From NCBI GenBank assembly GCA_021286935.1, contig JAJTBI010000003.1, forward strand, positions 13,857 through 77,856: 64,000 nt of DNA. The letters are read 5' to 3'. A program made the position numbers and the translations under genes. This document shows positions 27,070 to 35,919 of the stretch, piece by piece (the first letter of the stretch is position 1; each line of letters begins with the position of its first letter). This DNA comes from Geobacteraceae bacterium (lineage in GTDB: Bacteria; Desulfobacterota; Desulfuromonadia; Geobacterales; Pseudopelobacteraceae). The notes under the pieces are model-generated. The model saw only the letters and a program-made list of their open reading frames with translations. It did not search any database and was not told the DNA's origin.

Positions 27070-28134
27070 ATGAACCTGCCTGATTCATCATCGTTGATTG
27101 CGGTTGCCCTTTCCGGCGGGGTTGATTCTGCTGTTACAGCGGCCTTGTTACAGCAGCAGGGCCATCGGCTGGTGGGCATTACCATGAATCTTTTGCCTGA
27201 TGCAGCAGCCACTCATGCTGCTGAAGAGGTGGCCGGGCATCTGGGAATTTCTCTGCATCGGATTAACCTGATTGATGCGTTTGAACAACAGGTAATTACC
27301 CCCTTTGTGACCTGCTATCTGAATGGCGAAACCCCCAACCCCTGTGTGCGTTGCAATCGTCTGGTCAAATTTGGGTTGCTGCTGGACCATGCCCACCAAC
27401 TGGGGGCCGCCAGGCTGGCAACCGGCCACTATGCCCGTGTGCTGCGGGATGCTGACGGCAGGGCCCACTTGTATGCTGCCTCTGATCGTCGCAAAGACCA
27501 GTCCTATTTTCTGGCCGCCATTGGTCAAGAGGCGCTGCAACAGACTCTGTTCCCTTTAGGAGACATGTCCGGCAAGGATCAGGTACGTCAGCTGGCCCGT
27601 GATTTTGGGTTGCCGGTGGCAGCGGCAAAGGACAGTCAGGATGTCTGTTTTCTGCCGGACAACGGCTATGCTGAATTTCTGGAGAAACGGTTAACCACTC
27701 CTCCCGCTCAAGGCCTGATCGTGCACCGTTCAGGGCAGCTACTTGGGCGCCACAACGGTTTCTGGCGCTATACGGTCGGGCAACGCAAGGGGTTGGGGAT
27801 CGCCTGGAGTGAGCCGCTGTACGTGCTTGAGATCAATGCGGCCCGCAACCGGGTGGTGGTCGGTGAACAGCAGTACCTTTATGCTCCGGGGCTGTTGGCA
27901 GACCAGGCGGTCTGGTTTGGTCAGGAGCCCCGTACGCCGTTTGAGTCGCACTGCAAGATCCGCTATCGCCATGCTCCGGTTCCCTGTCGGGTTGAGCCAC
28001 AGGATGGGGCCGGGATGCGGGTGCTGTTTCATGAACCGCAACGTGCTGTGACTCCGGGACAGACCGTGGTAATTTACCAAGGGGATGAGGTGCTTGGGGC
28101 AGGCAGGATAACCGGGGCAGAGCTGCCATGCTGA
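27070..28134 (+). CDS. mnmA: tRNA-specific 2-thiouridylase
   Basis: SGGVDS, TPNPCVRCN, ATGHYA, KDQSYFL, YTVGQRKGLG, AVTPGQ. Confidence 0.93.
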   Translation: MNLPDSSSLIAVALSGGVDSAVTAALLQQQGHRLVGITMNLLPDAAATHAAEEVAGHLGISLHRINLIDAFEQQVITPFVTCYLNGETPNPCVRCNRLVKFGLLLDHAHQLGAARLATGHYARVLRDADGRAHLYAASDRRKDQSYFLAAIGQEALQQTLFPLGDMSGKDQVRQLARDFGLPVAAAKDSQDVCFLPDNGYAEFLEKRLTTPPAQGLIVHRSGQLLGRHNGFWRYTVGQRKGLGIAWSEPLYVLEINAARNRVVVGEQQYLYAPGLLADQAVWFGQEPRTPFESHCKIRYRHAPVPCRVEPQDGAGMRVLFHEPQRAVTPGQTVVIYQGDEVLGAGRITGAELPC

Positions 28135-28877
28135 CTGCTGAAGAACAGGAACGGTATCGTCGTCATCTGATGTTGCCTGAGGTCGGCCCTGAGGGGCAGG
28201 AGCGACTGCGGGAGAGTCGGGTGCTGGTTATTGGTGCCGGAGGGCTGGGGTCACCGGCAGCCCTGTATCTGGCTGCCGCCGGCATTGGCACCATCGGGAT
28301 AGCTGATGGAGACCGGGTGGAGCTGTCAAACCTGCAGCGTCAGGTTATCCATGATAGTGCAAGTGTCGGGCAGTCTAAGACCGCTTCAGCTGCCAAACGG
28401 CTTCAGGCAATCAACCCGGCCTGCCGTGTTGAGCAGATCCCGGTGATGCTTGATCAGACGAATCTGCCCGGTTTGCTGAAACGGTATGATTTTGTACTGG
28501 ATGCCACCGATACCCTGGCTGCAAAATTCATGATTAACGATATCTGTGTCAGCCAGGGAGTCGCCTTTTCCCATGGCGGTATACTGCGGTTCCAGGGGCA
28601 GACCATGACCGTGCGACCTGGAATATCGCCCTGCTATCGTTGTCTGTTTGATGAGCTGCCTCCGGAAGAGGATCGTGAGGCCTGTGAACGCGACGGTGTT
28701 TTCGGACTGTTGCCGGGGGTGATAGGAACGCTGCAGGCTGCGGAGGCGGTGAAGTTTTTGCTGGGAATAGGATCGTTGCTAACCGGTCGTCTACTGACCT
28801 TTGACCTGCTTGGGATGCGCTTCAGGGAGGTGCCGGTTGCCGTAAATCCCCGTTGCAGCAGTTGCGGGGAGCGTTAA
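28128..28877 (+). CDS. moeB: ThiF/MoeB/HesA-family adenylyltransferase
   Basis: GAGGLGS, SNLQRQ, CYRC and CSSC zinc motifs. MoeB and ThiF cannot be told apart by eye. Confidence 0.8.
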   Translation: MLTAEEQERYRRHLMLPEVGPEGQERLRESRVLVIGAGGLGSPAALYLAAAGIGTIGIADGDRVELSNLQRQVIHDSASVGQSKTASAAKRLQAINPACRVEQIPVMLDQTNLPGLLKRYDFVLDATDTLAAKFMINDICVSQGVAFSHGGILRFQGQTMTVRPGISPCYRCLFDELPPEEDREACERDGVFGLLPGVIGTLQAAEAVKFLLGIGSLLTGRLLTFDLLGMRFREVPVAVNPRCSSCGER

Positions 28878-28925
28878 TCGGCTTGTGTCTTTTGCAGAAC
28901 TACAGCGGCGGCTATTGCAAGATGT

Positions 28926-30203
28926 TCAGTTTTTTGAGCTGTTTTGCACATGCTGACGTTTGCGTTCTGTTTTGTCTTTGTACATCAGTCGATCAGCCAT
29001 TTTCATCGTGTCCAGCAGCTCATCCGGATGCGTAGCCGTAGCTGCTCCCAGCGACAGTGAACGGGCAAAGTCTCCCAATTGATGATCTGATTCGCAGCTT
29101 TTTACCCGTTGAATAGCAGCCATAACAGCGTCATGGTCGGTGCGGGAGAGCAGCACTGCAAATTCGTCACCACCGATCCGGGCAACCACGTCACCGGAGC
29201 GGAAGGCGGACAGTAGTACCTCTGCCGCTCCCTTGATCAGGCGGTCTCCTTCATCATGTCCAAATGAATCATTAACCCCTTTTAGACCGTCAATGTCAGC
29301 CATCACAATACTGACTGGATATTCCCGCCCGGACTCAATCCGCTGCAGTTCTGCATCAAAGTAGGCACGGTTAAACAGACCGGTCAGGGGGTCATGGGTA
29401 CCCAGATACTGCAGACTCTCTTCGTACTGTTTCCGCTCGGTAATGTCCTGAGAAACTTTTAAGAAGCCGGTAACGGTGTTATCAACATCACGTAAAGGGC
29501 AGATATTGACCATTTCCCAGTAAATTGAACCATTTTTACGCTTGTTGGCCAGTTCGCCCTTCCATTCCTTGCCGCTTAAAATTGTTTCCCAAAGATCACG
29601 GTAAACTTCAGTTGGGTTCAGGTCAGATTTGAGCAGACGGGGATTGCGACCAAGGACTTCAGTGGCCTGATACCCGGTCAGACGGCTGAACATGGCATTA
29701 ACATACTCAATGGAGCCGTTCAGTGAGGTGATCAACACCGGAGCCGGCGCCTGTTCAACAGCCTGAGACAACATCTGGATTCTGCTCTCCTGCTGCAGTA
29801 GTTTGCGTTTCAGCAGGACGTAGTTACTGCAGGTTTCAATGGCGGTTGCCAGCTGAGAGAAATCTACCGGCTTCTGGACATACTGATTGATGCCAAGACT
29901 GATACATTCCAGCAAATATTCAGTATCGCTGTAGGCGGTCAGCATGATAATCTGGCTGTCGCGGTCCAACGCCCGGATTTCCCGAGCCATTTCGAGGCCG
30001 TTCATAACCGGCATCATGATGTCAGACATGATAATATCAGGACGTTTTTCCCGATAGAGCTCCAGGCCCTCCTGTCCGTTTTCTGCAACGTACAGTTCCG
30101 TGACGATTCGTTGCAGGATGCGGGAAATCTGCTCACGAGTGACACGCTCGTCCTCAACATAGAGCAGCGAAATATCATAATGTTCCATGGTGGCTGATTT
30201 CAT
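28926..30203 (-). CDS. REC-PAS-GGDEF diguanylate cyclase
   Basis: Intact REC (EDE, D, T, K), PAS (GRNPRLLKS), RIGGDEF active site with an RSGD I-site. Confidence 0.92.
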   Translation of the reverse strand: MKSATMEHYDISLLYVEDERVTREQISRILQRIVTELYVAENGQEGLELYREKRPDIIMSDIMMPVMNGLEMAREIRALDRDSQIIMLTAYSDTEYLLECISLGINQYVQKPVDFSQLATAIETCSNYVLLKRKLLQQESRIQMLSQAVEQAPAPVLITSLNGSIEYVNAMFSRLTGYQATEVLGRNPRLLKSDLNPTEVYRDLWETILSGKEWKGELANKRKNGSIYWEMVNICPLRDVDNTVTGFLKVSQDITERKQYEESLQYLGTHDPLTGLFNRAYFDAELQRIESGREYPVSIVMADIDGLKGVNDSFGHDEGDRLIKGAAEVLLSAFRSGDVVARIGGDEFAVLLSRTDHDAVMAAIQRVKSCESDHQLGDFARSLSLGAATATHPDELLDTMKMADRLMYKDKTERKRQHVQNSSKN

Positions 30204-30286
30204 GGGGACCCCGTGCCCGAAGCAAAGTGCCTGTGAACTGTTGCAGGTAGTGTAGCTGAACTGAAATAAAACGCAAGGGGACTGTT

Positions 30287-31414
30287 GTGGATTTAGTAAG
30301 TCTGCAAAGCTGTGACCACTATGATGAAGCTCTTTTGAAAGAACGACTTGTCGCGCTTTTGGAGCCTATGGGGGGGATCAGGCGGTTTGTCAGCCCTGGT
30401 CAACGGGTACTGCTGAAGCCGAATCTTCTGGCCGGTAAGCCACCGGAAGCCGCTGTTACCACCCATCCTGCTTTAGTCAAGGCCGTGATAGAGCTGGTGC
30501 AGCTGGCAGGTGCCCAGGTGCTGGTGGGGGACAGTCCGGGCTTGGGCAGTTTTGAGCGTGTTGCCGAAAAGACCGGCATCAGTCAGGCGGTAAAGGCAAC
30601 CGGAGGACAGTTGCTGCCGTTTGGTGAGACCCGGAGGGTGGGAACAGCGGGAACCTTTCGCCAGCTTGAGTTGGCAACCGCCTATCTTGATGCCGATGTT
30701 GTGATCAACCTGCCCAAGCTGAAGACCCATGAGATGATGACCCTGACCTGTGCCGTGAAAAACCTGTACGGAACGGTTGTTGGCGCAGCCAAGGCCGGTC
30801 TGCATTTGACAGCCGGTCACTCAAAGGAACTGTTTGCCGGGCTTTTGCTGGAGATCGCCTTTGCCAGGCCGGTGGCGTTGACCATTGTAGACGGAATTGT
30901 TGCCATGGAAGGTGATGGTCCCAACAGCGGTACACCGCGACAGTTGGGGGTGCTTCTTGCAGGAGAAAATCCGGTTGCCATCGATACGGTTGCGGCTTAT
31001 TTGGCCGGGATTCCGCCGTCGTTGCTGCCGGTGGAATTGGAGGCCCGTCGTCGGGGGCTTCCCGGAACAGAGCTGGATCAGATCAGTGTGGTGGGAAATA
31101 TGCTACTGGAGGCTGTAACCCCTCCCTTTGTCCTGCCGCAAGGGCTGGATGCCCAGTTCGGTCTGCCCGGTTTTTTGAAGGGCTTGTTGCGAAACCAGCT
31201 GTCACCCGTACCGGTTGCTGATAAAGAACGGTGCACCCTGTGTGGTGTCTGCCGGGATGCCTGTCCGCCTGAGGCGATCACCATAACAAAAAACGCCCTG
31301 AAGGTTGATTCAGGGCGTTGCATTCGTTGCTGGTGCTGTCGAGAGCTTTGTCCGCAGCATGCTATGGAAGTGCAGCGGGGATTGCTGCTGCGTATGCTTG
31401 ATCGCTTACGCTGA
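30287..31414 (+). CDS. DUF362 protein with a C-terminal 4Fe-4S ferredoxin domain
   Basis: LKPNL, TTHP, NLPKLKTH, AVKNLYG; CxxCxxCxxxCP twice. Confidence 0.88.
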   Translation: MDLVSLQSCDHYDEALLKERLVALLEPMGGIRRFVSPGQRVLLKPNLLAGKPPEAAVTTHPALVKAVIELVQLAGAQVLVGDSPGLGSFERVAEKTGISQAVKATGGQLLPFGETRRVGTAGTFRQLELATAYLDADVVINLPKLKTHEMMTLTCAVKNLYGTVVGAAKAGLHLTAGHSKELFAGLLLEIAFARPVALTIVDGIVAMEGDGPNSGTPRQLGVLLAGENPVAIDTVAAYLAGIPPSLLPVELEARRRGLPGTELDQISVVGNMLLEAVTPPFVLPQGLDAQFGLPGFLKGLLRNQLSPVPVADKERCTLCGVCRDACPPEAITITKNALKVDSGRCIRCWCCRELCPQHAMEVQRGLLLRMLDRLR

Positions 31415-31416
31415 GG

Positions 31417-32088
31417 CTAGCCCTCGTCGTCATCGCCAACCGGAATTTCCCGGTACGCACGGTCCTCTTCTATCCGGCGGGTCTGGGCCTGGAACTTTTC
31501 CAGGTCAGACTTGCACTTGACGCAATGGCGGGTAAAGGGAAGCACTTTCAGGCGACCCATCGGAATCTCTTCGTCGCACTCTTCACAGATGCCGTAGTCA
31601 CCTTCAGCAATCCGCAGTAACGCCTCGTCTATACTGTGCAGTTTTTCCCGTTCACGGTCATTTAAGAGCAACCCCAGTTCCCGGTCCCGCTCGGATGATG
31701 CCTGGTCGTAGATATCGCCAGTCGGCTCTTCGCCCACCGAGGTCTCGGAACCCTTCTTGATGGAACGTTTGATTTCAAGCAGGGTCTGCTCTTTCATATC
31801 CAGCAGAATCTGTTGAACTTCTTTCCATTTACCAGCGGGAGGCGCTGCTGAAACCGCTGCAGTGGCAGCTGGTGCGGCATTTTCACTGCTGGCAGCTGTT
31901 GCTTTTAACTTTGGTTCAATCACTTTTTTAGTGGCTGGTTGTGGAGCCGCAGCCTTGGCAGGCGTCTTGGTAGGCGCTGTCGTTTCTTTCTTGGAAGCGG
32001 TTGTTTTTACTGCAGTAGCTGTCTTTGGTGGAGAAGCGGGCGCAGTGGTTTCCTGCACGGTTTTCTTTGTTGTTTTGGTCGTTGCCAT
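31417..32088 (-). CDS. dksA: DksA/TraR-family zinc-finger protein with a long N-terminal low-complexity extension
   Basis: DIYDQA coiled-coil tip (DxxDxA) and CEEC...CVKC zinc finger. Confidence 0.85.
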   Translation of the reverse strand: MATTKTTKKTVQETTAPASPPKTATAVKTTASKKETTAPTKTPAKAAAPQPATKKVIEPKLKATAASSENAAPAATAAVSAAPPAGKWKEVQQILLDMKEQTLLEIKRSIKKGSETSVGEEPTGDIYDQASSERDRELGLLLNDREREKLHSIDEALLRIAEGDYGICEECDEEIPMGRLKVLPFTRHCVKCKSDLEKFQAQTRRIEEDRAYREIPVGDDDEG

Positions 32089-32291
32089 ACGTAACGTACT
32101 CCATCAAAAGAGAGTTTTAAGAGTATAGGCTGCTGCGAAAGGCGGCAATCACTAACAGAAACTCTTGCTGCTGTCAAGAGCAAAGCTGGCAGATCAGGAC
32201 TGGTCAGGGCTAACAAGATCTTGTCTGTTTGCGTTATAACTACTTTGTGATACAACGTTATCACTAACTTAATGAGTTTTTGGGGTCGTCT

Positions 32292-35054
32292 ATGCGGTCT
32301 ATTTTTCTGCTGCTAGTAGTGGTGGTGATGTTCTTTTCATCACTTGTTACGGAAGTAGGAGCTGTTTCAGCCGAGCCGTTCAGTGTGGCTTTTTATTATG
32401 CAGAAAAGCCGCCTCTGGACGAGCTGCAAGCCTTTGATATTGTGGTGGTTGATCCCGATGCTGCCGGTATTGCTCCTCAGGCCTACAAGAGCAGGCATAG
32501 TGAGCTGTTTGCCTATATCAGTGTCGGTGAGGCTGACCCTCAGCGTCGTTTTTATAAACAGATCAAGCCTGAATGGCTGATCGGAAATAATCCGGCCTGG
32601 AAGAGCAAGCTGGTGGATCTGGCCAATCCTGATTGGCGTCGGTTTTTTCTTGATCAGGTGGTTGAACCACTGTGGTCTGCCGGTTACCGCGGCTTTTTTC
32701 TCGATACCCTGGATTCCTTCCTGCTGGTGAAAGACAGTAAAAAACATCCGGCCTTGATGGCGGGTCTGGTGGATATTATCCGCAGCATCAAGCAGCGCCA
32801 TCCTGATGCGCGTCTGATTCTGAACCGTGGTTTTGAGGTGCTGGATCAGGTTAAAGATACTGCCTTTGCTGTTGCCGCCGAGTCGCTTTTTCAAAAGTTT
32901 GATCCGATAAACGGCACCTATGGTGACGTGCAAGAGCATGACCGCCAGTGGCTGCTTGGCAAGTTTGCGGAAGTGCGGAAGGCTGGTCTGCCGGTAATTG
33001 CCATTGATTATGTAGCCCCGAAGGATCGGGAGCTGGCCCGCAGGACGGCTGCCAGGATCAAGGAGCTTGGTTGTATCCCCTGGGTGACCGACAAGGATCT
33101 GGCGACACTCGGCATCGGCGCGGTGGAAGTGCTGCCGCGTAAAGTATTGGGGCTCTACGATGGTCAGAGTGTCAATGATCCCGCCAACTCTGACTTGCAC
33201 CACCATATTGCGACACCACTGAACTATATGGGCTACCAGCTTGAGATGCGGGATCTGCGCAAACCGCTGCCGACCGAGCAGCTTGCCGGTCGCTATGCAG
33301 GCATAGTGATCTGGCCCCACAACGAAAATGTTGACGGCAAGAACAGTCTGGCCGCATGGGTACGGCGTCAGATTGGCGATGGCGTCAAGGTTCTCTTCAT
33401 TGATGGATTCGGTATGCCGCCTGAACAGGTTGCAACTGTGCTGGGACTGGAATATCGGCGTACGGCGCGGCGCGGGCTCCCTTCACTCAAGGTAAGCCGT
33501 CGTACGGGAGATATCGGGTTTGAGGCGGAGCCGTCACTACAACCAGGTGCTTTTGCCCGGCTGAAGATTAAGCAAGGGGAGGCATGGCTGACCCTGACAG
33601 CGCAGAACGGGGAGGAATACGACGCGGCCGGGGTCACCTCCTGGGGTGGCTATGTACAGTATCCTTACGGCGTTGTGCAGATTATGCAGGATCAGGCCCG
33701 TTGGGTTGTCAATCCATTCAGTCTGCTCTCAAAATCACTCGGGCTTGAACAACCGGTTGCGCCGGATCCCACCACAGAGAACGGCGTGCGCCTGCTGTTG
33801 GCCCATATTGATGCAGATGGTTTTGAGAGCTATGCAGAGTGGCCGGGTGGTCGCTATGCCGGTGTTGAGATGCGGGAGAAGATCCTTAAACGGTACAAAA
33901 TTCCCACGGCGGTTTCGGTCATCACCGGGATAGTGGATGAGAAGGGGCTGTACCCGGCCCAGGCAGCAGAACTGCAGAAAGAGTTCCGGGAGACCCTGGC
34001 CCTGCCCTGGATTGAGGCGGCAACCCATACCTATTCCCATCCGTACTACTGGCAGGACAGTGCCGAAGGTCGCACGATGTATTCGGAACGGTACCTCAAG
34101 ATCCCCGGCTACACGCTTAATTATGAGACAGAGGTGGTCGGGTCGGTCAATTTTATCAACAGTCGCCTTCTGCCGCTTGGTAAAAAGGTGACTCTGCTGC
34201 AGTGGTCGGGAGACTGTACGCCACCTGCCGAGGCGATCAGATTGACCTATACCGCCGGCATCAGAAATATCAACAGCGGCGATACGGTCATGACCGTAAC
34301 AAACCCGAGTCTTACCGCTGTTGCGTCGCTGGGGGTGGCAAAAGAAGGATGGTTCCAGGTTTTTGCGCCCAATCAGAATGAAAATGTCTATACCAACGAT
34401 TGGAAAGGACCGTTTTACGGCTATCGACGGGTGATTGAAACCTTCAGGATGACGGATGCTCCCCGCAGACTCAAGCCGGTCAATATCTACTATCATTTCT
34501 ATTCTGCCAGCAAGCTTGCATCGCTGCAGGCCTTGCTGGATGTCTATAACTGGGCGATGCAGCAGGAGCTGTTCCCAATCTATACCTCTGCCTATGCCGA
34601 CAAGGTGCTTGATTTCAACCGTACGGTAGTGGCCGGTGCAGGCAGGGGTTGGCTGATCAGGAACAAAGGTGATCTGCGGCAACTGCGCCTGCCGGTCACC
34701 GCCGGATATCCTGATCTGGCGGCCAGCAGGGGGGTGATCGGGTTTAGCGACCATAACGACCAGCGCTATATACATCTAGCGCCGGGAGGTGAGGCACTAC
34801 TGGTAATGGCTTCTCAACCACCCGGACGGGCATGGTTGTCTGCTGTCTCCGCCGAGATCAAACATGCTGCCTGGACCTCCAAAGGCATGCGGTTGACGGC
34901 ACTCGCCCATGTTGATGGATTCATCCGTTTTGGGGGTGCTGCAGGCTGCAAATTGATGTCCGGTGGCAGGGTTATGGCGGCAAAGCAGGATTCGGGGCAG
35001 TTGAAGGCCGCTTTGGGAGCCGGACAACACGAGATGGAACTTGTCTGCAAATAA
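32292..35054 (+). CDS. pelA: Pel hydrolase/deacetylase
   Basis: N-terminal hydrolase (GFFLDTLDS, NRGFE, AAESLF) and deacetylase (HIDADG, HTYSHP); first gene of a pel-like operon. Confidence 0.92.
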   Translation: MRSIFLLLVVVVMFFSSLVTEVGAVSAEPFSVAFYYAEKPPLDELQAFDIVVVDPDAAGIAPQAYKSRHSELFAYISVGEADPQRRFYKQIKPEWLIGNNPAWKSKLVDLANPDWRRFFLDQVVEPLWSAGYRGFFLDTLDSFLLVKDSKKHPALMAGLVDIIRSIKQRHPDARLILNRGFEVLDQVKDTAFAVAAESLFQKFDPINGTYGDVQEHDRQWLLGKFAEVRKAGLPVIAIDYVAPKDRELARRTAARIKELGCIPWVTDKDLATLGIGAVEVLPRKVLGLYDGQSVNDPANSDLHHHIATPLNYMGYQLEMRDLRKPLPTEQLAGRYAGIVIWPHNENVDGKNSLAAWVRRQIGDGVKVLFIDGFGMPPEQVATVLGLEYRRTARRGLPSLKVSRRTGDIGFEAEPSLQPGAFARLKIKQGEAWLTLTAQNGEEYDAAGVTSWGGYVQYPYGVVQIMQDQARWVVNPFSLLSKSLGLEQPVAPDPTTENGVRLLLAHIDADGFESYAEWPGGRYAGVEMREKILKRYKIPTAVSVITGIVDEKGLYPAQAAELQKEFRETLALPWIEAATHTYSHPYYWQDSAEGRTMYSERYLKIPGYTLNYETEVVGSVNFINSRLLPLGKKVTLLQWSGDCTPPAEAIRLTYTAGIRNINSGDTVMTVTNPSLTAVASLGVAKEGWFQVFAPNQNENVYTNDWKGPFYGYRRVIETFRMTDAPRRLKPVNIYYHFYSASKLASLQALLDVYNWAMQQELFPIYTSAYADKVLDFNRTVVAGAGRGWLIRNKGDLRQLRLPVTAGYPDLAASRGVIGFSDHNDQRYIHLAPGGEALLVMASQPPGRAWLSAVSAEIKHAAWTSKGMRLTALAHVDGFIRFGGAAGCKLMSGGRVMAAKQDSGQLKAALGAGQHEMELVCK

Positions 35055-35919
35055 TCATACGCGCCAGCGCGAACGTTTTGCCGGGCCATTGGCCATTGCC
35101 GGGCTGATCGGCGCTGGTCTGCTGTTGCTGGTGGTGTTGTATCCGGAGAAAATGCTCTTGAGGCTGCTGGAAAACCCGGAGGTGAGCAGTCCGGCGCAGC
35201 AGCGCTATCTGGAGGCTTTGGTGCGGCTGCGTCACGGCGATGCCGAACTGGTGATTCCGTTGGTGCGGAGCTATCTGGCGGCTGGCTGTACTGAAAAGGC
35301 TGCTGCAGCATTACGCTATAGACAGGGGACGCTTTCGGGATCGCAACAGAACATCCTGATGGGGTTGCAGTATGAGCTGCGGCGTCAGCAGCTTGAATGG
35401 CTGATTGTCGGTGAGCCGGGTTGGGAGGCTGCCCGTCAGCAGTATGCTGAACAGATAGAGCTGTTACGCAAGGGAGGAGCAACAGCGCAGGAGCTAAGCC
35501 GTTATCTGGCTGATGCACGCAGGTTGGGGGACGACATTACGGTGCGGAAACTGGAGTCGTTTCTTGGCACGCATGCCGATGCGGAATCGGCAGAAGTCGC
35601 CGCAGGTATCGCCTTGGGCAAGGGGGACTACCGGGGAGCCGCTGCGCTTTATTTCAAGGCGCTGCGGACAGCTTCACGTGAGCATCGTCGGGATCTGTAT
35701 CTGGCCGGTGTCCGGACATTGCAATCGGGTAATCTGGTGCAGGAGGCTCTGGTTGCCGCTGAGCAGCATCTTACCGGCGAACTGCGGCAGGATCGTACCA
35801 TCCTGAAATACCTGGCAAAACTGTCGTTGGCAGCCAACCGTCCTGATCGTGCCCAGATCTATATCCGGCAGGCCTTGGGAATCTCCGGCGAAGCGGTACG
35901 ATCCGGGGTGAAGCCGTGA
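35041..35919 (+). CDS. PelB N-terminal-like TM/TPR protein (PelB part 1)
   Basis: N-terminal TM helix followed by helical repeats resembling the PelB N-terminus; TTG start overlaps the pelA end. Confidence 0.7.
   Translation: MSANNHTRQRERFAGPLAIAGLIGAGLLLLVVLYPEKMLLRLLENPEVSSPAQQRYLEALVRLRHGDAELVIPLVRSYLAAGCTEKAAAALRYRQGTLSGSQQNILMGLQYELRRQQLEWLIVGEPGWEAARQQYAEQIELLRKGGATAQELSRYLADARRLGDDITVRKLESFLGTHADAESAEVAAGIALGKGDYRGAAALYFKALRTASREHRRDLYLAGVRTLQSGNLVQEALVAAEQHLTGELRQDRTILKYLAKLSLAANRPDRAQIYIRQALGISGEAVRSGVKP

Noticed and set aside
29150-29320. Possible Hypr (cGAMP-making) GGDEF enzyme
   Set aside because: The specificity position equivalent to PleD D344 is Asp (GHDEGD), not Ser or Thr, which points to an ordinary c-di-GMP cyclase.
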